From: Mobula hypostoma
Lineage: Eukaryota
Assembly: GCF_963921235.1 (NCBI RefSeq)
Contig: NC_086098.1
Span: forward strand, 86,986,001 to 87,050,000
Reading direction: 5' to 3'
Length of the DNA stretch: 64,000 bases
The stretch's first letter is position 1, and every line of letters starts with the position of its first letter. The notes below the pieces were generated by a model. The model saw only the letters and a program-made list of their open reading frames with translations, did no database searches and had not been told where the DNA came from. The translations under genes were made by a program, and so were the position numbers. Positions 26,020-38,188 of the stretch are shown piece after piece.

Positions 26020-26872
26020 AAGGCACATGCTTTGTATCTCATTTCTCCACCTCATTCTTCTAAACTCCAGCCAATACAGGCCCAAACACATCATTTGCTC
26101 ATGTTAACCCTTTCATTACTGGGATAATGCTCATGAACTTCCTCTGGACTCTCTCCAATGCAGGAGATCTTTTCTTAGGTGGGTGGCTTAAAACTGCACT
26201 CAATACTCAAAGTGCGGTGTGACCAATGCCTTATAAAGCCTCAGCATTACATCCTTGCTTTTGTAGTCCCCTCAAAATGAATGTTAACAGTGCATTTGCC
26301 TTCCTTACCACCCACTCAACCTGCAAGTTAACCTTCAGGGAATCCTGCACAAGAACTCTCAAGTAACTTTACATCTTTGACTTTTGAATTTTCTCCCCAT
26401 TTAGAAAATAGTCCACACCTTTACTCCTACTACCAAAGTGCATGGCCATACACTATATTCGATCTGCCAATTTTTTACCCATTCCCCCTATCTGGCTAAG
26501 TCCTTCTACAGACATGCTGCTTCCTCAACACTACCTGCTCCTCCACGTAGCTTTGTATCGTCTGCAAACTTGCCACAAAGCCATCAATTCCTTCATCCGA
26601 ATCACTGACATACAACATGAAAAGAAGCAGTTCCAACACCATCGCAGTGACACACTACTAGTCACTGGCAGCCAACGAGAAAGGCCCCCTATATTCCAAC
26701 TCATTGCTTCCTCCCAGTTGGCCCATCTGTTTGTATCTTTCCTGTAATACTATGGGCTCATATCTTGTTAAGCAGCCTCATGTGTGGCACCTTGTCCAAG
26801 GTCTTCTGAAAATCCAAATAAACAAACTCCACTGATTCTTCTTCATCTATCCTGCCTATTATTTCCTCAAAG
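26020..26872 (-). mobile_element. CR1 LINE RT fragment
   Basis: Reverse complement of the CR1 RT region seen at 5930-6720. Confidence 0.75.
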
Positions 26873-26911
26873 AAATAAGATGCACAATCTCTTTCAAACT
26901 TGACCAGTTAC

Positions 26912-27034
26912 CTGCAAATCCATGACATCACCATTGTGCTTTATTTCACACAGCAGTTCAGGGTCCTCCACAAGCAACTGGTCTGATTCAGTGCTATCAA
27001 TGTCATGTGTCTCCCAAAGGCACACTTTGTTCTG
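26912..27034 (-). CDS. NUP43: NUP43 exon 2
   Basis: QNKVCLWETHDIDSTESDQLLVEDPELLCEIKHNGDVMDLQ|gtaact; tandem acceptor AAG-CAG-CAG; 123 nt when the middle AG is used. Confidence 0.9.
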
Positions 27035-27299
27035 CTGCTTGGGGAGAAAAAAAACACATCATTAGCTTGGGACTGAAGGTGGCCTATCCTGGGGCTGGAG
27101 GACTGTCTGTTTGGGTGGGAGAAAGGAACGGGGATTGTTTTGTTGCAGGTGTTGCTTGTGTTTTTTTTCTGAACATTGTGGGCATGCTATGTTGGCACTG
27201 GAATGAGCAGCAACACCCACAAGCTGCACCCAGCACCTCATTAAGTTGTGTTGGTTGTAAACCAACTCCCAGCTCTTGTACTTTTTTTTTTGGATTAGT

Positions 27300-27955
27300 T
27301 TTTTGGAGTTACAAAACATAACAATGGTGATAAGTAAGTTTTAAAACGAACTTAAGACGACTATCTACCTGTTGAGGCACAGCATGTTTTTCTGTAGTGG
27401 GTTTATAAACAGTGAGTATCGGGTGACAATAAAAATAAATTTGAAAAAAAGCAGAAATGACTGGCTACATCAAAAAGGAAAGACGTGTTCGATTGCACAA
27501 CAGATAACAGGCTGCTGTATACAGAATGAATTGAGCATGTTTGTGATAATGTAGCCGGTGAGCTAGATAGCGCAGAGGCTGAAGGAATTCTTTCCAAGAT
27601 TGAGTGGAGCCTATGGGGAATGCCAGTCCTCCAGTAGACAAGGATGGGTCTGTCAGGACCTGTGGTAATTTCAAGATGACCATCAATCTAGTACCGAAGG
27701 TAGATCAATTACCCTCTACCAGGATAGAGGATATATTTGCAAACCTTTCTAGAGGGAAACACTTCAGCAAAGTAGACTTATCTGAGGTCTACCAACAGTT
27801 GGACAAGGAAGAAGAGTCCAAAGTGTTTCTCACCATAAACACCCACGAAGGGCTTTATTGCTATAAAGGCTTATTTTTAGAGTAGCATCTGCACTCTGGC
27901 AGAAAGCTATAGACCAGGTGCTGCAAGGTTGCCGAGGCACTCAGTGTCTCTCCCA
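27300..27955 (+). mobile_element. Gypsy LTR-retrotransposon internal remnant (gag start joined to RT fragment)
   Basis: Possible PBS-like TGGTGA after ...ATAACAA; decayed gag ATGACTGGCTACATC; RT KDGSVRTCGNFKMTIN..VDQLP..RIEDIFANLSRGKHFSKVDLS..YQQL...TINTHEGLY. Confidence 0.8.
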
Positions 27956-27984
27956 GGATCCCTCCCTCCCCCCCATAGACAGCA

Positions 27985-28435
27985 TCACTCACCTCCCCTC
28001 CACTGCCGGGAAAGCATCCCCCCCCACCCACCCACCCACCCACTTCCTCTCCGCCCCCGGGAAAGCAGCCCCTCACCTCCCCTCCACTGCCGGGAAAGCA
28101 TCCCCCCCCACCCACTTCCCCTCCACCCCCGGGAAAGCATCTTCCCGCCCACCCACCTCTCCTCCGCCCCCGAGAAAGCATTTCCCCCACCCACTTCCTC
28201 TCCGCCCCCGGGAAAGCATCCCTTCACCTCCCCTCCACTGCCGGGAAAGCATTCCCCCCCCCCACTTCCCCTCCATCCGCGGGAAAGCATCTTCCCGCCC
28301 CCCCACTTCCCCTCCACCCGCGGGAAAGCATCTTCCCGCCCACCCACCTCTCCTCCACCCCCGAGAAAGCATCTCCCCCACCCACTTCCTCTCCGCCCCC
28401 GGGAAAGCATCCCCTCCCCTCCCCTCCACTGGTGC
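27985..28435. repeat. C-rich (G-rich on the NUP43 sense strand) minisatellite, 11 GGGAAAGCA-type cores at 33-50 bp spacing
   Basis: Repeated CCCCTCCAC..CGGGAAAGCATC units; CACTTCCTCTCCGCCCCCGGGAAAGCA recurs near 28041, 28192 and 28383. Confidence 0.95.
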
Positions 28436-28538
28436 CGAATCTCCCCTCCATCACTCATTCAAACTTCTCACCTCATCGCCCCCTGGTTCCCTTCCACCAC
28501 ACAAACACTCCCACTTTCCCGCCTCGACGCCCACGTAC

Positions 28539-28649
28539 CTCCGCATCCCAGGAGCCGGTGGCGAGACATTCTGGCGGCCGTAAACTGGAGCCGGGCTCCG
28601 GCCGCCAACGCGTTCGGCTGATCTTCTGGGACACAAACCGGCCATGCAT
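28539..28649 (-). CDS. NUP43: NUP43 exon 1 (coding part)
   Basis: gcggccATG MHGRFVSQKISRTRWRPEPGSSLRPPECLATGSWDAE|gtacgt; matches NUP43 KFVSQKISKTRWRP..ATGSWDNE. The eight exons sum to 1107 nt (368 aa plus stop). Confidence 0.93.
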
Positions 28650-28802
28650 GGCCGCGAAGAATGCTGGGTCAGCCAACTTCCGGGAGGAAGCACCCGACTT
28701 CCGGGAAGATTATCCCTGGCTGGTCCTGAGGTCTAACTGTTACAGGCCGTAGTCACCATGGTTACAGGGCAGAACGTCGATTTACAATCATCGCAACGCT
28801 TC
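28650..28802. promoter_or_regulatory. Bidirectional NUP43/SHPRH promoter and probable SHPRH non-coding exon 1 (donor TTC|GTAAGT at 28802/28803)
   Basis: CpG-rich; two ACTTCCGG ETS/GABP motifs (28676-28683, 28697-28704); TTCCGGGAA (28699-28707); X-box-like GTCACCATGGTTAC (28752-28765). No other obvious CpG island lies before the SHPRH ATG exon. Confidence 0.7.
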
Positions 28803-30104
28803 GTAAGTAACAATTTTACCAAATAGTAGAACAAGATGACAGGGAGGGGGGATGCAGACGAGGAAAGAAGCGCTGCTTTGAGTCTGGCTCAACAACTATC
28901 ATGAGGCTTTTCGTATGGCACAGGGATCGTTTCATTGTCCACGGGGCTACCTTTCGCATCTGATGTTAAACTGCCCCGCATTTTCATTCTCCACTGGATG
29001 GAGAAGTTGCCCGCCAAAAGTTTAACTCAACGCTAATGTATTTCATGCATCTCAACTGTACCTTAGGAATTGAAAGTGTGTTGTGACAATCTGTCACGAA
29101 ATTATACAGATTTGTTCCCTTGTGCTTTCTGCTATAAAAAAACGTTTGGTATATTCTTTTCAAAACTAATGATAAACGGTTGGTGTTCAAAATTAAAAGT
29201 AAATGTATTATCAAAGTACATATATGTTACATATACAACCGCTACTCAATAAATCTATAGAATAGTAAACATAACAGAGGCAATGAAAGACTGCACCAAC
29301 TTGGATATTCAACCAGCGTGCAAAAGACAAACTATGCAAATACAAAAAGAGAGAAATAGTAATAAATAAATAAACAATGAATATCGAGAACATGAGATGA
29401 AGCCATCATGTCCACGTCCTGGGTGGCTGGAGTCCCTGATGATGGATGTAGGGAAGTGAACTAATTTGTTAAATTTTACTATAAAAGTTGACCTCTGATT
29501 AAATCTTCTGCTCCCTGTCTGCTTTATTAAGATAAAAAGTTTAACCTGCAGATGTTAAAAAAAAAGTTGCAATAAAGCCTGTGCATGACTTTAATTTCTT
29601 ACTTCACAGCTATCTATGATCATAGTGGAAGGGTGATGATGCAGGCTGAATGCATATTGCACCTGTGATTTTCCAGTATGCATGAAAAGAAGTTGTTTTA
29701 CTACAATCGGACATCTATGGCAGTATTCATCATGTAAAAAGAATTCCTTTGTTTTCCCAACTGGTTTCCAAACAAGCAGGAGGATTATTTGCTTCTAATC
29801 AGGTAAATTTAAAATACTGAAGCTTTTAATTGTTGCTGAACTTATTAAGAACTGTTTAACATTACAAGACTGAGAGACATAGCTTTTTAAATAACAGGCA
29901 TTATTTAATGTGAAAATGCTCCAGGTTAAAGTTGATAGATTAGTACCTTTGGGCACTTGTTCCCATTTTGTTTTGTTTTATACTGTGTATTTCATTTCAG
30001 AGTAGAAACTGATTTTGAATTAGTAAGCATGAACTGCTTTGAGGTGTTCAGTGATATCTCAGGGCAACAAACTGATTCCAACCATTTTCATTCGGATCAT
30101 TTTG

Positions 30105-30625
30105 GAACACTGTGAGTGTCCTTACCAATTGCATCACTGTCTGGTACGGGAATTGCAAGGCATCTGACTGCAAGGCTTTACAAAGGATTGCAAGGGCTGC
30201 TGAGAGGATCATCAGGGTCTCTCTTCTACCCATCCGAGATATTTCTGTCACGAGTGCTGTGTATGCAGGGCTTTTAGCATTGTCAGGGATCCTTACTGCC
30301 CATCCTTCAATCTCTTTGACCCCAACCATCAGGCTGGAGGTACTGTAGCATCAGGACAAGATTGCTAGGATGGAAACGGCTTCTTCCCCCAGGCCGTGAA
30401 ACCACTGAACTCCCTGTCACCACATAGCTCTCATCACGTATGAAGTGCAGGTGGTATATACTCTGTACTTTTTGACTTGTGTTGTAAATGCACCTTATTA
30501 TTTGTGGTAATATTGCATTATGTTGTGGTTGAGTTATATGTACTATATTGTGCACCTTGGTGTGGAGGAACATTTCGTATGACGGTATACATTTAAACTG
30601 TTGAATGACAATAAACTTGAACTTC
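30105..30625 (+). mobile_element. Rex1/L2-type LINE 3' fragment
   Basis: SVLTNCITVWYGNC...KALQRIARAAERII motif, tail ending GACAATAAACTTGAACTT. Confidence 0.75.
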
Positions 30626-31274
30626 TTACCCTATAGAATATCTAGTTGATATAGTATAAGGATCTTTGCTGAGATCTCCAGCTACTCACTGTCAACATAG
30701 GAATTAGGAGCAGGAGTAGGACCTTTGGTCCATCAAGTGCAATTCCATAAGGTCATGGTTGATCTGAATGTCACTTCAACACATTCCCATCTACCTGCAG
30801 TAATCTCACACTTACCAGCCTAGCAAGTATCTATTTGTCTCTGCTTTAAAAATGCTCAAAAACTCTGCTTTCACAAGCCTTTATGACATGGAGGTTCCAA
30901 AGACTCAAAGCAGTCTTCAAGAAAGAAAATTACCTTTTAAATGGACAACCCACTGATTTGAAATGCTAGCTCCCTGTGCTCTTCACCCCATTACAATAAC
31001 CACCGATTGAGATTCTCTGTACATCTACTCACGTGGGAACCACCAGAGATCTTATATATTGGAATGAGGTCTTTTCCCACTCTTCTAAACTCCAGTAACC
31101 TGTCTAACTTTTCATCGTAGGGCAACTTGTCTAATTCAAATATTCGTCAAGTCTATCTTTGTTGAATATAATAACATCCTCCTTAAATAAGGAAACAAAT
31201 TCTGTGCATAGTTCTTTAGAGGTGTTCTCCACCAATGTCAAAGATTCAAAGGTTTATTTTATTATTAGAGTATG

Positions 31275-32940
31275 AGGAGGAGATGGCAGAGATACTTTGC
31301 TTCAGTATTCACTACAGAAAAGGATCTTGGCGATTGTAGGGATGACTTATGGTGGACTGAAAAAGTTGAAGATACAGATATTAAGAAAGAGGATGTGCTG
31401 GAGCTTTTGGAAAGCATCAAATTTGATAAGTCACCGGGACCAGACAAGATGTACCCCAGGCTACTGTGGGAGGTGAGGGAGAAGATTGCTGAGCCTCTGA
31501 TCAATGGGGATGGGAGAGGTTCTAGAGGATTGGAGGGTTGCGGTTGTTGTTCCTTTATTCAAGTAAGGGAGTAGAGATAGCCTAGGAAATTATAGACCAG
31601 TGAGTGTTACTTCAGAGGTTGGTAAGTTAATGGAGAAGATCCTGAGAGGCAGGATTTATGAGCATTTATGAACATTTGGAGAATAATTAGGAATAGTCAG
31701 TGTGCCTTACGAGCCTAATTAAATTTTTTGAGGATGTGACTAAACACATGGATGAAGGTAGACCAGTAGATTTAGTGTATATGGATTTCAGCAAGGCATT
31801 TGACAAGGTACCTCATGCAAGGCTTATTGAGAAAGTAAGGAGGCATGGGATCCAAGGGGACATTGCTTTGTTGATCCAGAACTGGCTTGCCCACAAAAGG
31901 CAAAGAGTGGTTGTAGACAGGTCATTATTCTGCATGGAGGTTGGTGACCAGTGGTGTGCCTCAGGAATCTGTTGTGGGACTGCTCTGTAATTTTTATAAG
32001 TGACCTGGATGAGGAAGTGGAGGGATGGGTTAGTAAATATGCTGATGACACAAAGGTTGGGGGTGTTGTGGATAGTGTAGAGGGCTGTCAGAGGTTACAG
32101 CAGGACATTGATAGGATGCAAAACTGGGCTGAGAAGTGGCAGATGAAGTTCAACCCAGATAAATGTGAGGTGGTTCATTTTGGTAGGTCAAATATGATGG
32201 CAAAATATAGTATTAATGGTAAGAGTGTTGGCAGTGTGGAGGATCAGAGGGATCTTGGGGTCCGAGTCGATAGGACACTCAAAGCTGCTACGCAGGTTGA
32301 CTGTGGTTAAGAAAGCATACAGTGCATTGGCCTTCATCAATCATGGGATTGAGTTTTGGAGCAGAGAAGTAATGTTACAGCTATATAGAACCTTGGTCAG
32401 ACCCCACTTGGAGTACTGTGCTCAGTTCTGGTCACCTCACCTCAGGAAGGATGTGGAAACCATAGAAAGGGTGCAGAGGAGATTTACAAGGATGTTGCTT
32501 GGATTGGGGAGCATACCTTATGAGAATAGGTTGAGTGAACTCGGCCTTTTCTCCTTGGAGTGATGGAGGATGAGAGGTGACCTGATAAAGGTGTATAAGA
32601 TGATGAGAGGCATTGATCGTGTGGATAGTCAGAGGCTTTTTCCCAGGGCTGAAATGGCTAGCAAGGGAGGGCACAGTTTTAAGGCACTTGGAAGTAGGAA
32701 CAGAGGAAATGTCAGGGGTAAATTCTTTACACAGAGTGTGGTGAGTGCGTGGAATGGGCTGCCAGCGACGGTGGTGGAAGCGGGTACGATAAGGTCTTTT
32801 AAGAGACTCCTGGATAGGTACATGGAGCTTAGAAAAATAGAGGGCTATGGGTAACCCTAGGTAATTTCTAGGGTAAGGACATGTTCGGCACAGCTTTGTA
32901 GGCTGAAGGGCCTGTATTGTGCTGTAGGTTTTCTATGTTT
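31275..32940 (+). mobile_element. CR1 LINE, 5'-truncated RT region with 3' end, nested in a Rex/L2 tail
   Basis: KSPGPDKMYPRLL, VYMDFSKAFDKVPH, SKYADDTKVGG, RPHLEYCAQFWSP motifs; GTATG on both flanks. Confidence 0.9.
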
Positions 32941-34814
32941 GTATGTATGCAGGATACAACTCTAAGATTCGTCTTCTCCAGATAGCCACAAAATAATGAA
33001 AAACCATGGAAGTCATCAAAAGGAAAGACATCAGCTCCCCTGCACAAAAAGAAAAAGAAAACAAAAACTCGCAACCCCTAAACTCCCAACCCCCTCCCTC
33101 ACACAAAAACTAGCAGATCACCCACATGGAAAATGGCAGCAATGTCCTGTGCAAACGAAACATAGTCCACACCCTCGCCCATGTTTTATCCAGATACAAT
33201 TCTCTAGGCAATGAAAGGTAACAGTATCAGCTCTCATAATTACGTGACTTGCATGCAAGGGAATCATCAGGACAGCAAATCCCTCTGCATCGAAGTCCTC
33301 TTCAGCCCTCACAATATATAGAACTATTAATGAACTGGATAGCACAACAGAGTGCTATGAATCCAAGTTTGTTAACGGCAATGACACACAGTAAATAAAG
33401 ACCAGCAAGATGTTACAAATAGAAGTGTAGTGATAACATGGTTCATGAAACAAAAAAATGTTGTGGTGGCATGATTTAAAGTTGTCTGCTTTGCATCAAA
33501 AAGGGTCATTCTCTGTTACTTGTATTCAAAGTTCAGTCTGACCCGGTGTGTGAAATGAAAAGTCTTTGCGATCAAACATTGAGACTTTCCCTCTCCATAG
33601 ATGTTTCCTACCTACTAGGATTTTCTGGCCTTGTGTATATTTGTCTAAGATGTTGTAGATGGATCTAAAATAATAAAAAAAAGTAATAGAATGTTAGCCA
33701 TTAAAATTAAATAATTGTAAAAGGAGACAATATTTTACTATGACTATACCACACTCTAATTTGACCACATTTGTAGTTTGGGTTGAATTCTGGCACATCT
33801 TAGAAAGAAAATATAACAACAGGCCATTTAGGAGTGCTGGATATGTTTCCATTTTCAATTGTAAAGAGGTAAGATTGTCATTTTACTTCATTGAAACATC
33901 ACATGTGGCTTTTGGCTATAGGGTATAGATGCTTCAGAGGAAAGCTGGAGAAAAACATGAATAAGAATGGAAGCTATTTGGATGGATTTATATCTAGAGT
34001 GATGTGCAGGTTAAATAAAGATGTGTACAAGGTGGCTGGCCTGGAAGATGTACAGCAGTACAGACCAGATGCACTATCTGGCCTCTATACGTACTTTAAA
34101 TTCTGTTATTTGCTCAGTATTTCAAAGTATTTTTCAAGCTGTGAGATGACTTATGATTTTTTTTAATGAATGTTAAATGTTTGTTGCGGTGAAGTTAGAT
34201 TTTTCTGAAGTAAAGATATTCAAAGTTCAAAAAGCTTGAAGTAAGTTTATAGTCAAAGTACATGTATGTCACTATATACAACCCTGAGATTCATTTTCTT
34301 GTGGGCAATCACAGTAAATATAAAGAAACACAATAGGATCAATGAAAGACTGCACATAACAAGATACACAAACAGCCAATGTACAAAAGACAGCAAACTG
34401 CAAATACAAAAAGAAAAAAAGAAAAATATAATATCAATAAATAAATAAGATGTAACTATCAAGAATGTGAGGTGCGGAGTCCTTGAAAGTGAGTCCATAG
34501 ATTATGGAAACAGTTCAGTGTTGGTTTGAATGAAGTTAAGAGAAGTTATCCCCTCTGGTTCAACAGCCTGATGGTTGAGGGGTAATAACTGTTTTTGGGT
34601 CTGAAATATATAAGGATTATGCAAGCAAATTGAAATCAAAATACAAATTAGTCACGATCTAATTGAATAGCAGAGGGAGATTATGGGTATTAAATGGTCT
34701 GCTGCGTTTTTCCTGTTTTGAAAGTAATAATGGGATTCATCAGACATCCTTTTTACTGAGAATGTTGTTCATATTCTTGTTTCAGCTGCCAACCGGCTCC
34801 ATACGTGCTCTACA

Positions 34815-35432
34815 ATGAGCAGCCGAAGGAAACGAACAGCCCCCACGCGGGTAGATGAGGAAGCAAAGAAAAGGCTTAGTTGGAACATGTGTGATGACTT
34901 GAAGCAGCTCCAAACACTTGCTGTAACAGATAGCAGCAACAATCCCGAGGCTGCAGACACAAGTTTTCCAGAACAGGGGGAGGCAGGGTCTCTCCTGTTG
35001 AGCAGTTTGAAATTGAATGAATCATCAAACATCTCCACTGTGACTGAGATTGAGGATGAAGGGGGGGCTTTCCTGTCAAGTACCTCTGCACCTCCCAGTC
35101 TCACTATCTCACCATGCCATCCAGGTAAAGAGTGGCGAGCAGAGTTAAATCAGTTCACCCTCCAACTTCCAGAAGGCCAAGTATTTCCAGATAACATTTT
35201 GTCTCTCACCCTCTGCTTGTCAAAGACCACTAGTGACCATCATTTGCAAGTTTCAGTCAGGAAGGAATGTGATGACTCTGAGAGTGATTGCCATGAAGAA
35301 GTGATTGGCTCTGTAAGAAGTTCACTCAGTTATACAGTATTGGAGGATATATTATGGCTTCAAAAAAAGAAAGTTCTTGGATTATTCCAAAAGAATATTG
35401 AAGATTGTCAAACTTTGACTCAAACATTGAAG
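34815..35432 (+). CDS. SHPRH: SHPRH first coding exon (exon starts at 34786)
   Basis: MSSRRKRTAPTRVDEEAKKRLSWNM...LEDILWLQKKKVL...TLK|gtattc; matches SHPRH MSSRRKRAPPVRVDEE. Confidence 0.95.
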
Positions 35433-36724
35433 GTATTCATTTTTATAATAAAATGTCAACTTTGACTTGACTCTTAGTTTTTCTTCCTGACTGGCTGTTT
35501 TGTTTTCCCCCTCCTCTATTTACTTTCTGCTCTTTTTAGTTTGTAATCACATTACACAAATGTTTTCTCCCCAATTATATACTGATAACTTAAGAATTTC
35601 TGCCTCATCATACTGGCAAACTAATCTGTATTTTGCCAAATCATTTGTAAATAAAGGTATAAATATTTCAGTGATATACTAGAAAGCGATATTGCAGATC
35701 AATGCCAATTTCCTACCACTGCAGCTTCATCTACTTAGTTTTAATTTTAATGAACATTCTTTAGTTTTGTTATGATTCCCTGCATCTTCATGGGACTCTA
35801 CTCAATATGCTGGCATTTAAGATGTGCATAGATTTTCAAAAAATTAATTTTCCTTCTCCCTTTTACTCACTCTTCCACCCGCTCTTGGTATCCTTTCTTT
35901 TTGTTTTATGTTCCTTCTTTCAGTTTTTTTATTTTGTAGTTATTTCTGTTTCTCGCTTTTTCTGATTCTGCTGGTTTTGTCCATTGGCTTCTGTATATGC
36001 AAATAATTTACATGGAAATTACTTTCCCTCTCTCCTCCACTTAATTTTAAGAGAAAATCCTGCTTCATGTCCCTTGGTTGATGAAGCTGAAGCAATTATT
36101 CTACCTTTACAATTCTTCCTCAGTAGCCTGAGCGAGCTACTCCTTCTATGTTTATAGTGCTGTGCTTTCATTGCACCAGTGTGTTGATAATATTATCACC
36201 TGTTGGGGTTATGTCACTCCTCCATTTTCCAAAAGACCTACTCCTTGAATCTCTTTATTTCCTGGCACTGCCTTAATGGTTGCAATATATTTCTGTCCAT
36301 TGACCAAGTGACATAAAGGAATGGCAAATGATTTGGAAGTGACTTAGAATTGATAGCTTTTATTACTAAGTCACAGTTTTCATCCACTCAAGAAAATAGG
36401 TCAGAGCAATAGAGAAACTTCACGTAAAAAAGACCACACGGAGTGCTTTGTTTCATAATTTTGAGTATCTCCATCAAATCTTTACCTATTCATCCTTCTC
36501 TAAGACAATCAAAACTAATTTCTTAGTTGCTGTTTGAAATGGAAGGCCTTGATCTCTTTAGCATTCTAGTAAATTTGCACTGCATTCTCTTCAAGGTCAC
36601 CATCCTAAGGATAGTCCTTTGAAAATTGAGTACAAGATGTGCTTTTGTTTTTATTTTCTATTGCCAAACGGTCTAGTTGTCAATTTAACTTTAATTTCAA
36701 ACTGTTTGTTTTACTCCTCTGTAG

Positions 36725-36854
36725 GTTGCTATATATCTACTTGAGTCTGGTTTGGGAAAGCCAGAATACCTGAGTGAAGGAAGTTGGAGAATGAAAAAGG
36801 CAAATACATTGATTCAGAAACTCATGGAATACTTTTATGACATAGCTGCTCCAG
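36725..36854 (+). CDS. SHPRH: SHPRH coding exon 2
   Basis: gtag|VAIYLLESGLGKPEYLSEGSWRMKKANTLIQKLMEYFYDIAAP|gtataa; 130 nt. Confidence 0.93.
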
Positions 36855-37260
36855 GTATAATGTTCATTGTAAAAGGAAAATGGAAACAGGGCAGCTTGAG
36901 AACCATTATAAAGCAATGTATAGATGCTGTGAATACTCAGTAGTCAGGTAGCATCCCCAGAGAGAGGAACAAGAGTTAATGTTTAAAGTCAATTACCTTT
37001 ATCAGAGCTGTTAATCTCAGATTACTTTGCATATAACTTCCATCATTTACTTCTTTCCAATACTAATTTCTTCATTGCTGATTTCATTATGGAGCCATTA
37101 ACATGATATGCATAGAACGATGAAAATAGAAAGCTTGGATTAACATAAAACCATTCACAAAACTCTGATCTCCCTTATCCGTATGGATTTCCATTATTAA
37201 AGTGGGAAGTAGACTGTGCTATATGACATTGAAAAAGATCACTTTACTTACTTCTCTGGC

Positions 37261-37408
37261 AACACACAAAAGATACTGGAGGAACTCAGTAAGTTCGGCA
37301 GCGTCTATGGAGTGCAATAAACATCCAAAGTTTTGGGCCAAGACTTGCAGAGTTCCTCCAGCATTTTTGGGTGTTGCTCAAAAATTCTGACATTTGCAGA
37401 ATCTCTTC
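37261..37408. repeat. Fold-back Penelope-tail derivative
   Basis: ACACACAAAAGATACTGGAGGAACTC ... GAGTTCCTCCAGCATTTTTGGGTGTT inverted arms. Confidence 0.7.
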
Positions 37409-38188
37409 TGGTTACACTTTATTTATCTGATGATTTTACCCAACCTGGTCAAAGTTCAATCCCATTTGGGGAAAAGAAAATACTTCCTGCTGGCTCCCAC
37501 AAACACAAAATGAATAAAAACATACATGCAGTAAATTTTCCACCAGGCCTGGTGGAACAGCTAGGGAAGCTTGTTTGTTGTTGCTGAACTCATGTCTTAA
37601 AGAATGTATTACCACTCGCAGTGGTTGTCTTTAATAATTGGCTGTGTTGTGAGGGGCCTAGTCACCTGTCACTTGCCAGCATTAAACTGCTGAGAACCAC
37701 TGAAGATAGGAGGGAGAGCATGGTGGTGGGGGTTGGGGTGAGAAACAGATAGAAGCAAAAGAGTAGAGGAATGGGAAGTAGGTTGAAAGGAGTAGGTTTA
37801 TCAGTGATTCCATGTTAAATACTGTCTTTCTATTTAATTGCAAAATAGGCTGCCCTTCAGAATGTAAGTTTCTATATAATTTTCCTGATCCAGACACATA
37901 CCAAAAAAAGCTTTGAATCCTTGGCTGATGCCAAGCTTAAAGACGGGACACCTTTTGTCCCTGAGTCACCTAACAGTCTTATGCGCTTACAGTTTTACAG
38001 TCAGCAACAAGCACTGCTGACTTGCAAGTTAATTGAAACTTGGAACTATTTTCTGTATTTCTCAAACAGACAAAATGCACATTGGGTGACTACTTTTGGG
38101 GAACACATTTGTTCAATCTGTAAGTCTATTATTGGGTTCCTATGAGTATAATTCTTTGTCTCACTCCTAAGATGCTTCTCTATGGGCT

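Noticed and set aside
27604-27885. Domesticated or active retroviral-like gene
   Set aside because: Short, deleted and frameshifted Gypsy remnant with no intact catalytic YxDD motif and no paired LTRs.
27985-28435. CRISPR-like repeat-spacer appearance
   Set aside because: The spacers are themselves repeated low-complexity C-runs, the context is a eukaryotic intron, and there are no cas genes.
28650-28676. N-terminally extended NUP43 start (MADPAFFAA) from the ORF track
   Set aside because: That start is TTG inside an ETS motif; the ATG at 28649 has good context and fits the orthologue length.
27861-28752. Many overlapping Pro-rich or Gly-rich ORFs of 100-230 aa
   Set aside because: They arise from a stop-poor C/G minisatellite; open on both strands and in several frames, with no domain signal.
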